DNA of 64,000 nt from PVC group bacterium (GTDB lineage: Bacteria; Omnitrophota; Gorgyraeia; B26-G9), in NCBI GenBank assembly GCA_024231215.1, contig JAAEQR010000142.1, forward strand, positions 356,593-420,592, in the 5' to 3' direction. The first letter of the stretch is position 1, and the number at the start of each line of letters is the position of its first letter. Shown here piece by piece: positions 19,428 to 27,908 of the stretch. The notes below the pieces were generated by a model that saw only the letters and a list, made by a program, of their open reading frames with translations, did not search any database and was not told where the DNA came from. The translations under genes and the position numbers were made by a program.

Positions 19428-20195
19428 ATGAAGATATTGAAAATACTCCTCTTATGCTTAATTTTAAGTTATTTTAGGCCGGTCCTCCTAGGAGCAGATG
19501 TTATCTATTTAAAAAACGGCAGAACCATGGAAGGCTTGATAAAAAAAGAAACTCCTGAATATATAGAGTTAGAGCTGGGGTTTGGAATAACTAAACTAAA
19601 AAAAAGCAAAATTAAAAAAATCAAACGCTCTCAGGGAAAAGAGATCGAACTCATGCAGGAAACATGGGAAGTAGAAGCCAAAGAACGCCAACTAAAAAAA
19701 GCAGAGTATCTTGAAGCAGAAGCAAAACGAAACACCGAACAAGCAGTAAAAAGAAACGCAGCAAAGAAAATCGATACAATTGTAAAAAAAATATCCAAAA
19801 AAAGTGTCGTTCAATATATAGAAAAAAGAAACAGTATCGGAGTAAACGCGCTGATAAATGAAGAACTTCGCGCAAAATTAATTGTCGATACAGGCGCTAC
19901 AAGTATACTCTTAACCCTAGAATTCGCCGAGCAGTTAAACATCGATCTCTATAATGCAAAAGAAATCAAGATAAAACTTGCAGACGGCCGCATCTCAAAA
20001 GCAAAAGCCATAACATTAGATAGTGTGAAAGTTCAGGATATGGAGGTCAAACGGGTAGATGCTGTTATTTTACTCGAAGAAGACACTTTTTCATACTGGG
20101 ACGGATTATTAGGCATGTCTTTCCTGAATAATTTCATCTTCCGGATAGATGCTCAAAACAAACAATTAATACTGGAAACAGAAGTGGATAAGTAA
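19428..20195 (+). CDS. retropepsin-like (clan AA) aspartic protease with signal peptide and Lys/Glu-rich coiled coil
   Basis: LIVDTGATSILLT active-site motif and C-terminal GLLGMSFLNNF; N-terminal hydrophobic leader. Confidence 0.6.
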   Translation: MKILKILLLCLILSYFRPVLLGADVIYLKNGRTMEGLIKKETPEYIELELGFGITKLKKSKIKKIKRSQGKEIELMQETWEVEAKERQLKKAEYLEAEAKRNTEQAVKRNAAKKIDTIVKKISKKSVVQYIEKRNSIGVNALINEELRAKLIVDTGATSILLTLEFAEQLNIDLYNAKEIKIKLADGRISKAKAITLDSVKVQDMEVKRVDAVILLEEDTFSYWDGLLGMSFLNNFIFRIDAQNKQLILETEVDK

Positions 20196-20197
20196 CT

Positions 20198-20455
20198 CTA
20201 CTGCTTTTTCAAGTGGATAAAAAGGCGCCCCCAGTTTTTACTGTCCTTATCGATCCGGTGATACATCTTACGGATATGTTTTTGATCAAGAAAACGCAAT
20301 ACATGTTTTTTAAGCTGTCCGCTCCCCTTCCCCGGAATTATCTCAATAAGCCTGATCCCTTTCTCCACAGCTTCATCAAGTACACGCATAAGCTCTGCAT
20401 CTATTTTTTTGCCTTTATTAAAAATATCGTGTAAGTCTAGTTTTAGTTTAGCCAT
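20198..20455 (-). CDS. Smr-domain protein
   Basis: LDLHD...IEIIPGKGSGQLKKHVLRFL matches the Smr LDLHG...IIHGKG pattern; 85 aa. Confidence 0.6.
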   Translation of the reverse strand: MAKLKLDLHDIFNKGKKIDAELMRVLDEAVEKGIRLIEIIPGKGSGQLKKHVLRFLDQKHIRKMYHRIDKDSKNWGRLFIHLKKQ

Positions 20456-20469
20456 TATTCACTACTTCT

Positions 20470-20706
20470 CTAATAATTAAAAAGATCTTTCAGTTTATAC
20501 TCTTTACCTGTAGCTTGATTTAAAGCCCTGAGAATCTTAGATTTGACATTCGGGGTCAATCTTCTGCCCTTTACCGCACGCGATATCATCTTATGCGTAA
20601 TTTGTTCTGTTGAATTAGCCACAAGATCATTCGGTTTTAATTCATGTTCTACTATTATCCCGGCAATCGGCTGTTCCCCAAGGTCTCTTTTAATATCATT
20701 ATTCAT
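20470..20706 (-). CDS. small hypothetical protein (possible DNA-binding)
   Basis: 78 aa. Start overlaps the upstream epimerase stop by 4 nt (ATGA). Confidence 0.3.
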   Translation of the reverse strand: MNNDIKRDLGEQPIAGIIVEHELKPNDLVANSTEQITHKMISRAVKGRRLTPNVKSKILRALNQATGKEYKLKDLFNY

Positions 20707-21119
20707 TTAATCCGCTTAGCTCTCTTATCTGTATCTATAAGCTCAATATTCATACCTTGTTTAGCAAAGATAAACGCTATATTCTCATTATCAAACGCTT
20801 CTCCCGGCTGAGGAGCAGCTAATACTCTTAGCCCCAAATCTTTGACTCTGTCTATCTCTTTATCAAGATCAGGACATTTAAAACACAAATGATGCAATCC
20901 CCCGCCCCTCTGCGCAAAAATATAAACCGGAGAAGTTGAGTCTGTCGGCTCAATCAATTTCACAGGCAAAGATCCCTCTTTTTCAAGAAACACAACGTTT
21001 ACCTTCTGTCGTGTATTAGTAACGATTTCAGTCATTTGCTCATACCCAAACACCTTTTTCCAGTGTTCTATCCCTGAATCCAAAGATCTTACGGCAATAC
21101 CTATATGGTCGATATTCAT
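20703..21119 (-). CDS. VOC-family protein, methylmalonyl-CoA epimerase-like
   Basis: MNIDHIGIAVRSLDSGIEHW; 138 aa. Confidence 0.65.
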   Translation of the reverse strand: MNIDHIGIAVRSLDSGIEHWKKVFGYEQMTEIVTNTRQKVNVVFLEKEGSLPVKLIEPTDSTSPVYIFAQRGGGLHHLCFKCPDLDKEIDRVKDLGLRVLAAPQPGEAFDNENIAFIFAKQGMNIELIDTDKRAKRIK

Positions 21120-21270
21120 ATTTTACTGCTCCTTTCTAAGTTCTATCCATACTACTCCTGCGACGCATCTATATAGATAACTATACTTTATATACACAAT
21201 ATTTGTCAACACCTTGCATGCAGTTAGAAGTCATTTCTACCTAATATTATAAAAATGAGTTAATATCCCC

Positions 21271-21298
21271 TTGAAATAAACAAACCTTATGGTATACT
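21271..21298 (+). promoter_or_regulatory. sigma70-like promoter (TTGAAA, 16-nt spacer, TATACT) for the 725-aa rSAM gene
   Basis: Hexamers read directly; AAGGA RBS before the GTG start at 21342. Confidence 0.35.
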
Positions 21299-21341
21299 TT
21301 AATACATTTTCTTAAAAAAATTAACAAAAAAGGAAAAAATA

Positions 21342-23519
21342 GTGAAAAAAATAAATAAGATATTACTGAATCTGAAAATATTAATTATAGTCCAAGCTAT
21401 ATTATTTGCAAATATTGCCACTGCTGATTTTGCACAATCTAAAGATTATAATACATCCCAAAACAGTATAATCGACACAACCCAACTATCCCCTCGACTT
21501 TTTGTAAACAATCAAGGACTTATCAATTTATTTTCAACAACTACGAATATCACAGAACCTTCGATTATCAATAATAAATATCTTCATGCCTCAGATTCTA
21601 CTAAAATCACATCTTCTATTGTTATTGCCCTAAATAATTCCCCACGTGAAGACAGAGTACTTTTAGAACAAGGTTTAATAGATTGCCCAGATATTCTCAA
21701 AAAGTCATTAATTGCTTTTGTAAAACACGGAGAACTTGCCCGTAATGACATTTTGCAAATATCTATTAATCAGGGTAAAACCTTTGAAATCAACAAGAAA
21801 CACCGCCATTTAACAATAACCTATCCTGAAATCATTTCTTCTCAAAGAATTATCTATGAATTGGAATCGGTATTAGAGACATCCAAAGAAACAATTACTC
21901 AAGTTATTAGTCTTCATCCAGATTTAATAGAAGATGGGTTTTATACAAGCAACTCATTTCCAAATAGAGCATTTAATAATCCACATATCTGGAGACAACT
22001 TATAACCTCAAAAGTCCAAATAGCTCCCCTAGAATTATATACCGGCAAATCTATTTCCTGTGTCTTCCTAACAAAATTTTGCCCTGTGGGCTGTAAACAT
22101 TGTTTTTTTAAATCCCCTCGCCCTGGAACAAGAAAAAATCAAGATGATGCATTAACCCCTGAAGGTGTCAATCGATTAATAGATTTTTTAAACAAAGCAA
22201 ATACAGGATATTTGCTCATTTCTGGCGGAGGAGATCCTTTCATGGAACTCAAAGCAATTGAAAAAATAGCAGAACATGTCAAAGCTAATAAGATCGTGCT
22301 TGTTACAAGCGGCTTTTGGGCTAAAGATTTTAATACCGCTAAAAAAATAATGCAAAAAATATATACTGCTTTCAATAAAAGACCGGCAAATCGGCCAGAA
22401 ATAGTATTGCGCTTAAGTCTAGATTCCGGACATGCAGAAAATGTAGGCATAACTCCTGCCATAAATTTAATACGACTTTTTCAAAAACATTATAAGGATG
22501 AACAAAATTTCAAACTTCAGATGCATTCACTATTAGGCGATACAACAATCAATAATGTATTAAAACATTTTGAAGTCAAAGAAATGTTTTACTCCAATGA
22601 ATCTTTTTCAGACTTAATCAAACAGAAACATCAAAACCATATTATAAAAATAAGTTCCCAAAAACTAGAAACAACCTTATCCGATGGTTTTAAACTTATA
22701 ACTGGTTTTGCAAAGTTATTCAATGCTAATTTCGAAGTCGACCTACATGACCCAGAGATTGTCAAAAAAAACACAGCAGTTTTCGATCATGATATACTAG
22801 AAAATGAAGCCGATAATACTGCTGTCTCTTTCAATTGCAACGGAGAAAAAGGATTGGATTTCACGATCACATACGACGGCATTGTAAGAGTATGGGGCGC
22901 AAATTCACCCCATAGAGTAAACTCCCTTTATAAAGATGACTATGAAGCAATCATCGATCAAGCGTTTAATGATATCAACAGTCTGGCTTACATAGAAAAA
23001 GGATATTCCTATCGTGAACGCATTATTAATGAAGTTAATCCATTAGCTGCAATCAGGACAAAAGCAATTAATATACGTGATTATATCGGAGATATAATCA
23101 ACGAGGAAGCAAAAACAAGACTTTACTTGTCAATAAGAATTATACAGGATTATATTCGCGAAGGAAGAATTGATTCCAGCCAAGTCAAATCTTGGCCTGT
23201 GGCATTACAAAAACTCGTTTCTCTACCGAAAAAAGACCTTATCAAAGCCTACAATGAAGCTGAATTTTCTATTGTAGACCAATATATTAAAACCCCCAAT
23301 ATTCAGTTAAACGATTTATTAAAACTATACCGGTTGATTAAACGCGGACATTATGATGCAACTATTCAAGAACTAAGCGATAAAATATCGGCAAGCAAGC
23401 AATTATCTGAAACCATGAAAAAACAATTCTTCGAAGCTATTGCTCAAAAACAAACAGACTGCAAAAAAAACAACTCTGAGAACTTCACCCTAGACCAATT
23501 ACTTGCTGTTAGCATCTAA
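21342..23519 (+). CDS. large radical SAM protein with N-terminal signal-peptide-like segment
   Basis: CPVGCKHC (CxxxCxxC) at about residue 245, followed by ISGGGDPF and VLVTSG. N-terminus MKKINKILLNLKILIIVQAILFANIATADFAQS. About 230-aa domain of unknown type before the core and about 300 aa after it. Confidence 0.6.
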   Translation: MKKINKILLNLKILIIVQAILFANIATADFAQSKDYNTSQNSIIDTTQLSPRLFVNNQGLINLFSTTTNITEPSIINNKYLHASDSTKITSSIVIALNNSPREDRVLLEQGLIDCPDILKKSLIAFVKHGELARNDILQISINQGKTFEINKKHRHLTITYPEIISSQRIIYELESVLETSKETITQVISLHPDLIEDGFYTSNSFPNRAFNNPHIWRQLITSKVQIAPLELYTGKSISCVFLTKFCPVGCKHCFFKSPRPGTRKNQDDALTPEGVNRLIDFLNKANTGYLLISGGGDPFMELKAIEKIAEHVKANKIVLVTSGFWAKDFNTAKKIMQKIYTAFNKRPANRPEIVLRLSLDSGHAENVGITPAINLIRLFQKHYKDEQNFKLQMHSLLGDTTINNVLKHFEVKEMFYSNESFSDLIKQKHQNHIIKISSQKLETTLSDGFKLITGFAKLFNANFEVDLHDPEIVKKNTAVFDHDILENEADNTAVSFNCNGEKGLDFTITYDGIVRVWGANSPHRVNSLYKDDYEAIIDQAFNDINSLAYIEKGYSYRERIINEVNPLAAIRTKAINIRDYIGDIINEEAKTRLYLSIRIIQDYIREGRIDSSQVKSWPVALQKLVSLPKKDLIKAYNEAEFSIVDQYIKTPNIQLNDLLKLYRLIKRGHYDATIQELSDKISASKQLSETMKKQFFEAIAQKQTDCKKNNSENFTLDQLLAVSI

Positions 23520-23520
23520 T

Positions 23521-23600
23521 GTTCTATTAAATCCTTTTCAAAATCTAATAACTCTTTCTTTAAATCAGTTCCTAGGGCATACCCACCCAGGGAATAACAG
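23521..23600 (-). pseudogene. diverged duplicate of the ogt 3-prime end (encodes ...GGYALGTDLKKELLDFEKDLIEH*)
   Basis: Reverse-complement translation matches the Ogt C-terminus GGYALGVKLKKELLDFERDL. About 75-90 bp at roughly 80 percent nucleotide identity to 24322-24400. Confidence 0.45.
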
Positions 23601-23624
23601 GGTCAGACTAAACTTCCCCTGAAC

Positions 23625-24191
23625 TCAGCCCCGCGTTGTTACCCCTCTATTGGTTGACATCTCGTCCTTGACATCAAACACAAAGCCGTGATTACGAAGG
23701 AATTCCCCTATTTCTTCCAAGAGAATGGCTTTTTGCTTTGGGTGGACAAAAGATGCCAAGATAATTCTCTTGGGACAAACTCCGGGCTTTTGGAACAGAT
23801 TGAGCGTATAGACCGATTCCAATTCGAATCCATCATCATAATGCTCAAGCGTCAGAGCGGCGAGATCTTGTTTGTCTATCCATACGCTGGACGTAGGCAA
23901 AAAACCGGTTCCATAGACAACAAGGGATTCTCCATCCACCTCAAGAATATGCTTCCTATTTCTCTTAAGTAGGGTGTATGGAATAAAGCATACCCCTACA
24001 TAGCCAAATATCAGCCAAATCAAAAAGAAAGGGGAGGGGTCCACTAAAGCCGCAACCGTGATAAAGATCGTCAGTGGTACCCATATCAGCCAAAATAGAA
24101 TCAGGAATCCGGTAAAAAACCAATCTTTCCTATATTTTCGCGGATTTATTGCATACTTTGTATTGTTTTTATTCGTCTTCATTGCATCCAT
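23625..24191 (-). CDS. hypothetical membrane protein (bacterial PH-like / DUF304-like)
   Basis: Two adjacent TM helices then a soluble domain; 188 aa. Odd GC-rich tail ...NRGVTTRG. Confidence 0.4.
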   Translation of the reverse strand: MDAMKTNKNNTKYAINPRKYRKDWFFTGFLILFWLIWVPLTIFITVAALVDPSPFFLIWLIFGYVGVCFIPYTLLKRNRKHILEVDGESLVVYGTGFLPTSSVWIDKQDLAALTLEHYDDGFELESVYTLNLFQKPGVCPKRIILASFVHPKQKAILLEEIGEFLRNHGFVFDVKDEMSTNRGVTTRG

Positions 24192-24276
24192 CTTCTGCCA
24201 ACATCATAATCACCTACTGGGTTGACCCCGTTATTCTGTCTGCTAGCAACCAACTTCTAAAGTGGAGGTCTGACCC

Positions 24277-24310
24277 CTTGCTTACCTTGCTTACTTGCTT
24301 ACTTGCTTAA
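24277..24310. repeat. short tandem repeat (CTTGCTTAC) x about 4
   Basis: cttgcttac cttgcttac ttgcttac ttgcttaa read directly, 12 bp downstream of the ogt stop. Confidence 0.6.
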
Positions 24311-24321
24311 TATGCTTTTCC

Positions 24322-24639
24322 CTACAAATCTCTCTCAAAATCCAATAACTCTTTCTTTAACTTCACTCCTAAGGCATATCCGCCTATTTTCCCGCCGCTG
24401 GCAATAACGCGATGGCAAGGGATAAGTAACGGCAAAGGGTTTTTCTTGAGCGCCTGGCCTACTGCACGCTGTGAATTTGGCCGGCCAATACGTTCAGCTA
24501 TCCACTTATAGGTCCTGACCTGGCCGGGTTTAATCTCACACGCCGCTTTTAATACCGCGCGTTCAAATACCGTAAAATCGCGCAGAATCATATCTATACT
24601 CTTTGGAACATCTAATGTTATCTTTTTTTGTTTTTTCAT
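24322..24639 (-). CDS. ogt: methylated-DNA--protein-cysteine methyltransferase, minimal single-domain form
   Basis: LIPCHRVI active-site motif and winged-helix DNA-binding region; 105 aa. Start overlaps the uvrC stop (ATGA). Confidence 0.75.
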   Translation of the reverse strand: MKKQKKITLDVPKSIDMILRDFTVFERAVLKAACEIKPGQVRTYKWIAERIGRPNSQRAVGQALKKNPLPLLIPCHRVIASGGKIGGYALGVKLKKELLDFERDL

Positions 24640-25889
24640 TTCTTCTTCGAAATCTTGGCCGGAAACATCTCTTTTTTCCTTCTTAATCGATGATAAGAAA
24701 CCGCAAACCTGTGAGCTTCATCTCTTACACGCATAAGCAAATGTAGTGCCTTAGAATCGCGCGGCAAAGCTATTGGGGTTTCCTGCCACTGTACATAGAT
24801 ATGTTCAAATTTTTTAGCGATACTCGCCACCGGGATATTAACCCCAGCTTTTAAGAGTTTCCGGCAGGCACATTCTAAATGCCCCTTTCCTCCGTCAATT
24901 AGTATTACGTCCGGTAATTCCAGTTTTTTGGCTAAACTTCCCTGATAACGCCGCCCTACAACCTCTTCAATCATCGCATAATCATTAATTCCGTCTACAG
25001 TTTTTATCTTAAACCGACGATAGTTTTTTTTCTCCGGCTTACCATTTTTAAACCGCACCATTGATCCCACTGCTTCGTTACCAAATATATTTGATATATC
25101 AAACCCTTCGATAATATTCGGTCTATTTTTCAGCCGCAGTACAGATTGCAAAGCCGCAACCTGATCTGAGACCTTCCCCTTTGAATACTTTGACGGCACA
25201 GTACTCAAACTTTCTATTTCATCACGCAATCTTAATGCTCGTTCAAAATCATACTCTAAAGAAGCTGCTTTCATCTCACTAGACAGTTTATTAATAAGAG
25301 CTGCTTTTTTACCGTTTAAAAATAATAGAAGATTATCAAGTACACGCGAATATTCCTTTTTATCACTTTTGTTAATACATGGGCCCAGACACTGATCAAG
25401 GTGATAATTCAAACAGACTGATTTTGGCATTACACGGCAAGTACGAAGCGGGAAAATCCGGCGCATAAATGCAAGCGCCTGACGCAAGAGCCGCACAGAA
25501 GTATAAGGCCCAAAATAACTAGCCCCATCATTCTTACGACGGCGGACAATAACTAAACGCGGATATTTTTCATTAAAAGTTAATTTTAGTAAAGGATACG
25601 CCTTATCATCTTTAATCGCGGTATTGTATTTTGGTTTATACTCTTTAATCAAGCCAGATTCAAGAATCAGTGCTTCAGCTTCTGTAGTGGTAGTAATACT
25701 ATCTATATCTTTAATGTTATTTACTAAAGCTTGCTGTTTTACGTTCTTAGTTGTTTTACTGAAGTATGAGCCTACCCTCTTTTTTAAAGAAGAAGCCTTG
25801 CCGATGTAAATTATCCCACCGGAGCTATCCTTCATTAAATACACCCCGGGATTATCCGGTAATGTTTTCACCTTGTCTATCAGCTTCAT
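24636..25889 (-). CDS. uvrC: excinuclease ABC subunit C, short form lacking the C-terminal (HhH)2 domain
   Basis: GIY-YIG N-terminus (PGVYLMKD...IIYIGKA), UVR motif (FERALRLRDEIESL) and an RNase-H-like endonuclease region (IEGFDISN...VGSMVRF...DEAHRF). Ends after the nuclease domain at 417 aa. Confidence 0.7.
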   Translation of the reverse strand: MKLIDKVKTLPDNPGVYLMKDSSGGIIYIGKASSLKKRVGSYFSKTTKNVKQQALVNNIKDIDSITTTTEAEALILESGLIKEYKPKYNTAIKDDKAYPLLKLTFNEKYPRLVIVRRRKNDGASYFGPYTSVRLLRQALAFMRRIFPLRTCRVMPKSVCLNYHLDQCLGPCINKSDKKEYSRVLDNLLLFLNGKKAALINKLSSEMKAASLEYDFERALRLRDEIESLSTVPSKYSKGKVSDQVAALQSVLRLKNRPNIIEGFDISNIFGNEAVGSMVRFKNGKPEKKNYRRFKIKTVDGINDYAMIEEVVGRRYQGSLAKKLELPDVILIDGGKGHLECACRKLLKAGVNIPVASIAKKFEHIYVQWQETPIALPRDSKALHLLMRVRDEAHRFAVSYHRLRRKKEMFPAKISKKK

Positions 25890-27411
25890 GTTTTAGCTTC
25901 AGAATTCCCATTCGCCAGGATGTTAAAAGAAAAAATGCTATACCCGCAATTATAGCAATAAATAAACTTGCCCAATTAGGCAAGAACCCGATAAAAAAAT
26001 TATAAGTATACCAGCAAAGCACCCCCATAATGGCTGAAACAACGATTGTTTCGAGAACCACCTTTAACAAGCGCTTAAGATGAATCTCCCCTATTTTACG
26101 GCGCAGAAAAAATAATAGTAGGAAAAAGTTAGTAGCAGAAGAAATCGCAGTAGCTAGAGCAAGTCCGCCAGCTCTTAACGGCTTCATCAAAACAAAATTT
26201 AATACGATATTCAAAACAACACAAATAGCCGTAATCTTTACCGGAGTAACCGTGTCCTGCAATGCATAAAAACAAGAAGTCGTTACTTTTACTCCGCTAT
26301 ATGCAAATAGGCCGAATGAATAAAACATTAATGCAGTTGCTGTCATATATGCCGAAGCTGTATCAAACTGCCCCCGCTCAAAAACAAATTTAACAATCGG
26401 CAGAGAAAGAACGATTAGTCCCACGGCCGAAGGAATAAGTAATACAAGTATTGAACGCAAAGAAAACAATAAAGTCTCCTTTAATTTTTCAATGTCTTTG
26501 GCTGCAGCCTGCCGCGACATTGTCGGCAAACAAGCAGTAGCTACAGAAATACCAAATATCCCGGTAGGAAACTGAACAAGTCTGGTACCAAAGTACAAAG
26601 CAACAACCGCTCCCTCACCTACAATGCTGCCTAAGCTGGCAAATATCGTATCTGCGAAAATATTAAGCTGATAAATACTAGAGCCTACCATTCTCGGCAC
26701 AAGCAATTTAGCAATGCGTTTTGCCGCTGGATGATAAAAGTGCCGAGGAAACCGGAACCGAAACCCTTTTTTAACTAAAACCGGTATTTGTACAGCAAGC
26801 TGTAAAAAACCGCCGATCAATACCGCAATCGCCATACCCATAATCGGTTCTGATAAGCGATGACAAATAAAAAGTCCAAATATGATCATACTAATATTTA
26901 AAAAACAGGAACTTACGGCAGAAGCTACAAAATGCTTTAATGTATGAAGAACTCCCATTACATAAGAAGATAGGCCGATAAACACAATGAACGAAAACAT
27001 CAAACGAGTCAACTTTATCGTTAACGCCATTTTTGCTTCATCCCCGGCAAAACCAAACGCGATAATTCTCACAATAAACGGAGCTAAAAGCGTTCCCAGA
27101 ATAGCCAGCGAGATCAAAGCCACAGCAAAAATATTAAGCAAAACCGTAGTCAGCCGCCAAAATTCTTTTTCATCGCCTTTTTCCAGATATTCACTAAGTA
27201 CCGGGATAACCGCAGCATTGGTAGCCCCTTCCCCCACCAGATTACGCAGGGTATTCGGAATACGAAAAGCAACGACAAAAGCCTGAGCCGGAACACTAGT
27301 TCCAAACAAAAACGCAATGATCACATCCCGAAGAAATCCTAAAATACGACTCATCAGGGTGAAGAATCCAATAGTTCCAGCAGATTTAAATAAGTTCTTA
27401 TGTTCTTTCAT
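25852..27411 (-). CDS. murJ: lipid II flippase MurJ
   Basis: FFTLMSRILGFLRDVIIAFLFGTS...AFRIPNTLRNL; 14 TM; 519 aa. Confidence 0.8.
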   Translation of the reverse strand: MKEHKNLFKSAGTIGFFTLMSRILGFLRDVIIAFLFGTSVPAQAFVVAFRIPNTLRNLVGEGATNAAVIPVLSEYLEKGDEKEFWRLTTVLLNIFAVALISLAILGTLLAPFIVRIIAFGFAGDEAKMALTIKLTRLMFSFIVFIGLSSYVMGVLHTLKHFVASAVSSCFLNISMIIFGLFICHRLSEPIMGMAIAVLIGGFLQLAVQIPVLVKKGFRFRFPRHFYHPAAKRIAKLLVPRMVGSSIYQLNIFADTIFASLGSIVGEGAVVALYFGTRLVQFPTGIFGISVATACLPTMSRQAAAKDIEKLKETLLFSLRSILVLLIPSAVGLIVLSLPIVKFVFERGQFDTASAYMTATALMFYSFGLFAYSGVKVTTSCFYALQDTVTPVKITAICVVLNIVLNFVLMKPLRAGGLALATAISSATNFFLLLFFLRRKIGEIHLKRLLKVVLETIVVSAIMGVLCWYTYNFFIGFLPNWASLFIAIIAGIAFFLLTSWRMGILKLKHEADRQGENITG

Positions 27412-27515
27412 TATTCCTCTTATAATTCAATTAATATTACACTATATAATAACACAACTTATAGTTTTTGCCACAACTAATACAAGATCCTTTGACTCCG
27501 CTCAGGATAAATTAC

Positions 27516-27545
27516 TTGACAAGCAAGTCTCCTCTATGGTATATT
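27516..27545 (+). promoter_or_regulatory. sigma70-like promoter (TTGACA, 18-nt spacer, TATATT) for rpsT
   Basis: Hexamers read directly; AGGAG RBS at 27565-27569. Confidence 0.45.
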
Positions 27546-27577
27546 TTTTAAAATTCATTGAGAAAGGAGTTTGTTAT

Positions 27578-27907
27578 ATGCCTTCAAAGAAATCAGGAAT
27601 TAAAGCACTAAAACAATCGAAAAAAAAGCAACAGGTTAATATCGTATTGAAAAAGGCCTTAAAGAAGGAAGAGAAGAAAATTGCTTCCTTGATCGCCGAA
27701 ATTGCCGACAATGATGTTAGTAAGGTTAAAACGGAATTAGCCGGATTCTTTTCGCGGGTCGATAAGTCAGCAGCCAGAGGAATCATTCATAAAAATAAAG
27801 CCTCTCGCAAAAAAGCACGTCTTGTAAAAAAGATCAATAAGCTGGCAACAATTAAGAAAAAGCCCGCGGTAAAGACAACTAAAAAAGCAGCAAAAGCAGC
27901 AAAATAA
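27578..27907 (+). CDS. rpsT: 30S ribosomal protein S20 with Lys-rich C-terminal tail
   Basis: ARGIIHKNKASRKKARLVKKINKLA matches the S20 core. The track ORF (27317..) is over-extended upstream into the promoter and murJ; the true start is the ATG at 27578 with a good RBS. Confidence 0.7.
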   Translation: MPSKKSGIKALKQSKKKQQVNIVLKKALKKEEKKIASLIAEIADNDVSKVKTELAGFFSRVDKSAARGIIHKNKASRKKARLVKKINKLATIKKKPAVKTTKKAAKAAK

Positions 27908-27908
27908 G

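Noticed and set aside
21342-21440. N-terminus of the 725-aa radical SAM read as proof of secretion
   Set aside because: An uncleaved signal anchor is an equally good reading, so localisation is an open question and not a conclusion.
24277-24310. Possible CRISPR-like array
   Set aside because: Only about 4 units of 8-9 bp with no spacers. It is a simple tandem repeat.
27317-27577. Upstream 87 codons of the track ORF 27317..27907
   Set aside because: This portion overlaps the murJ start and the rpsT promoter. S20 homology begins at the ATG at 27578, which has an AGGAG RBS, so the long ORF is an over-extension.
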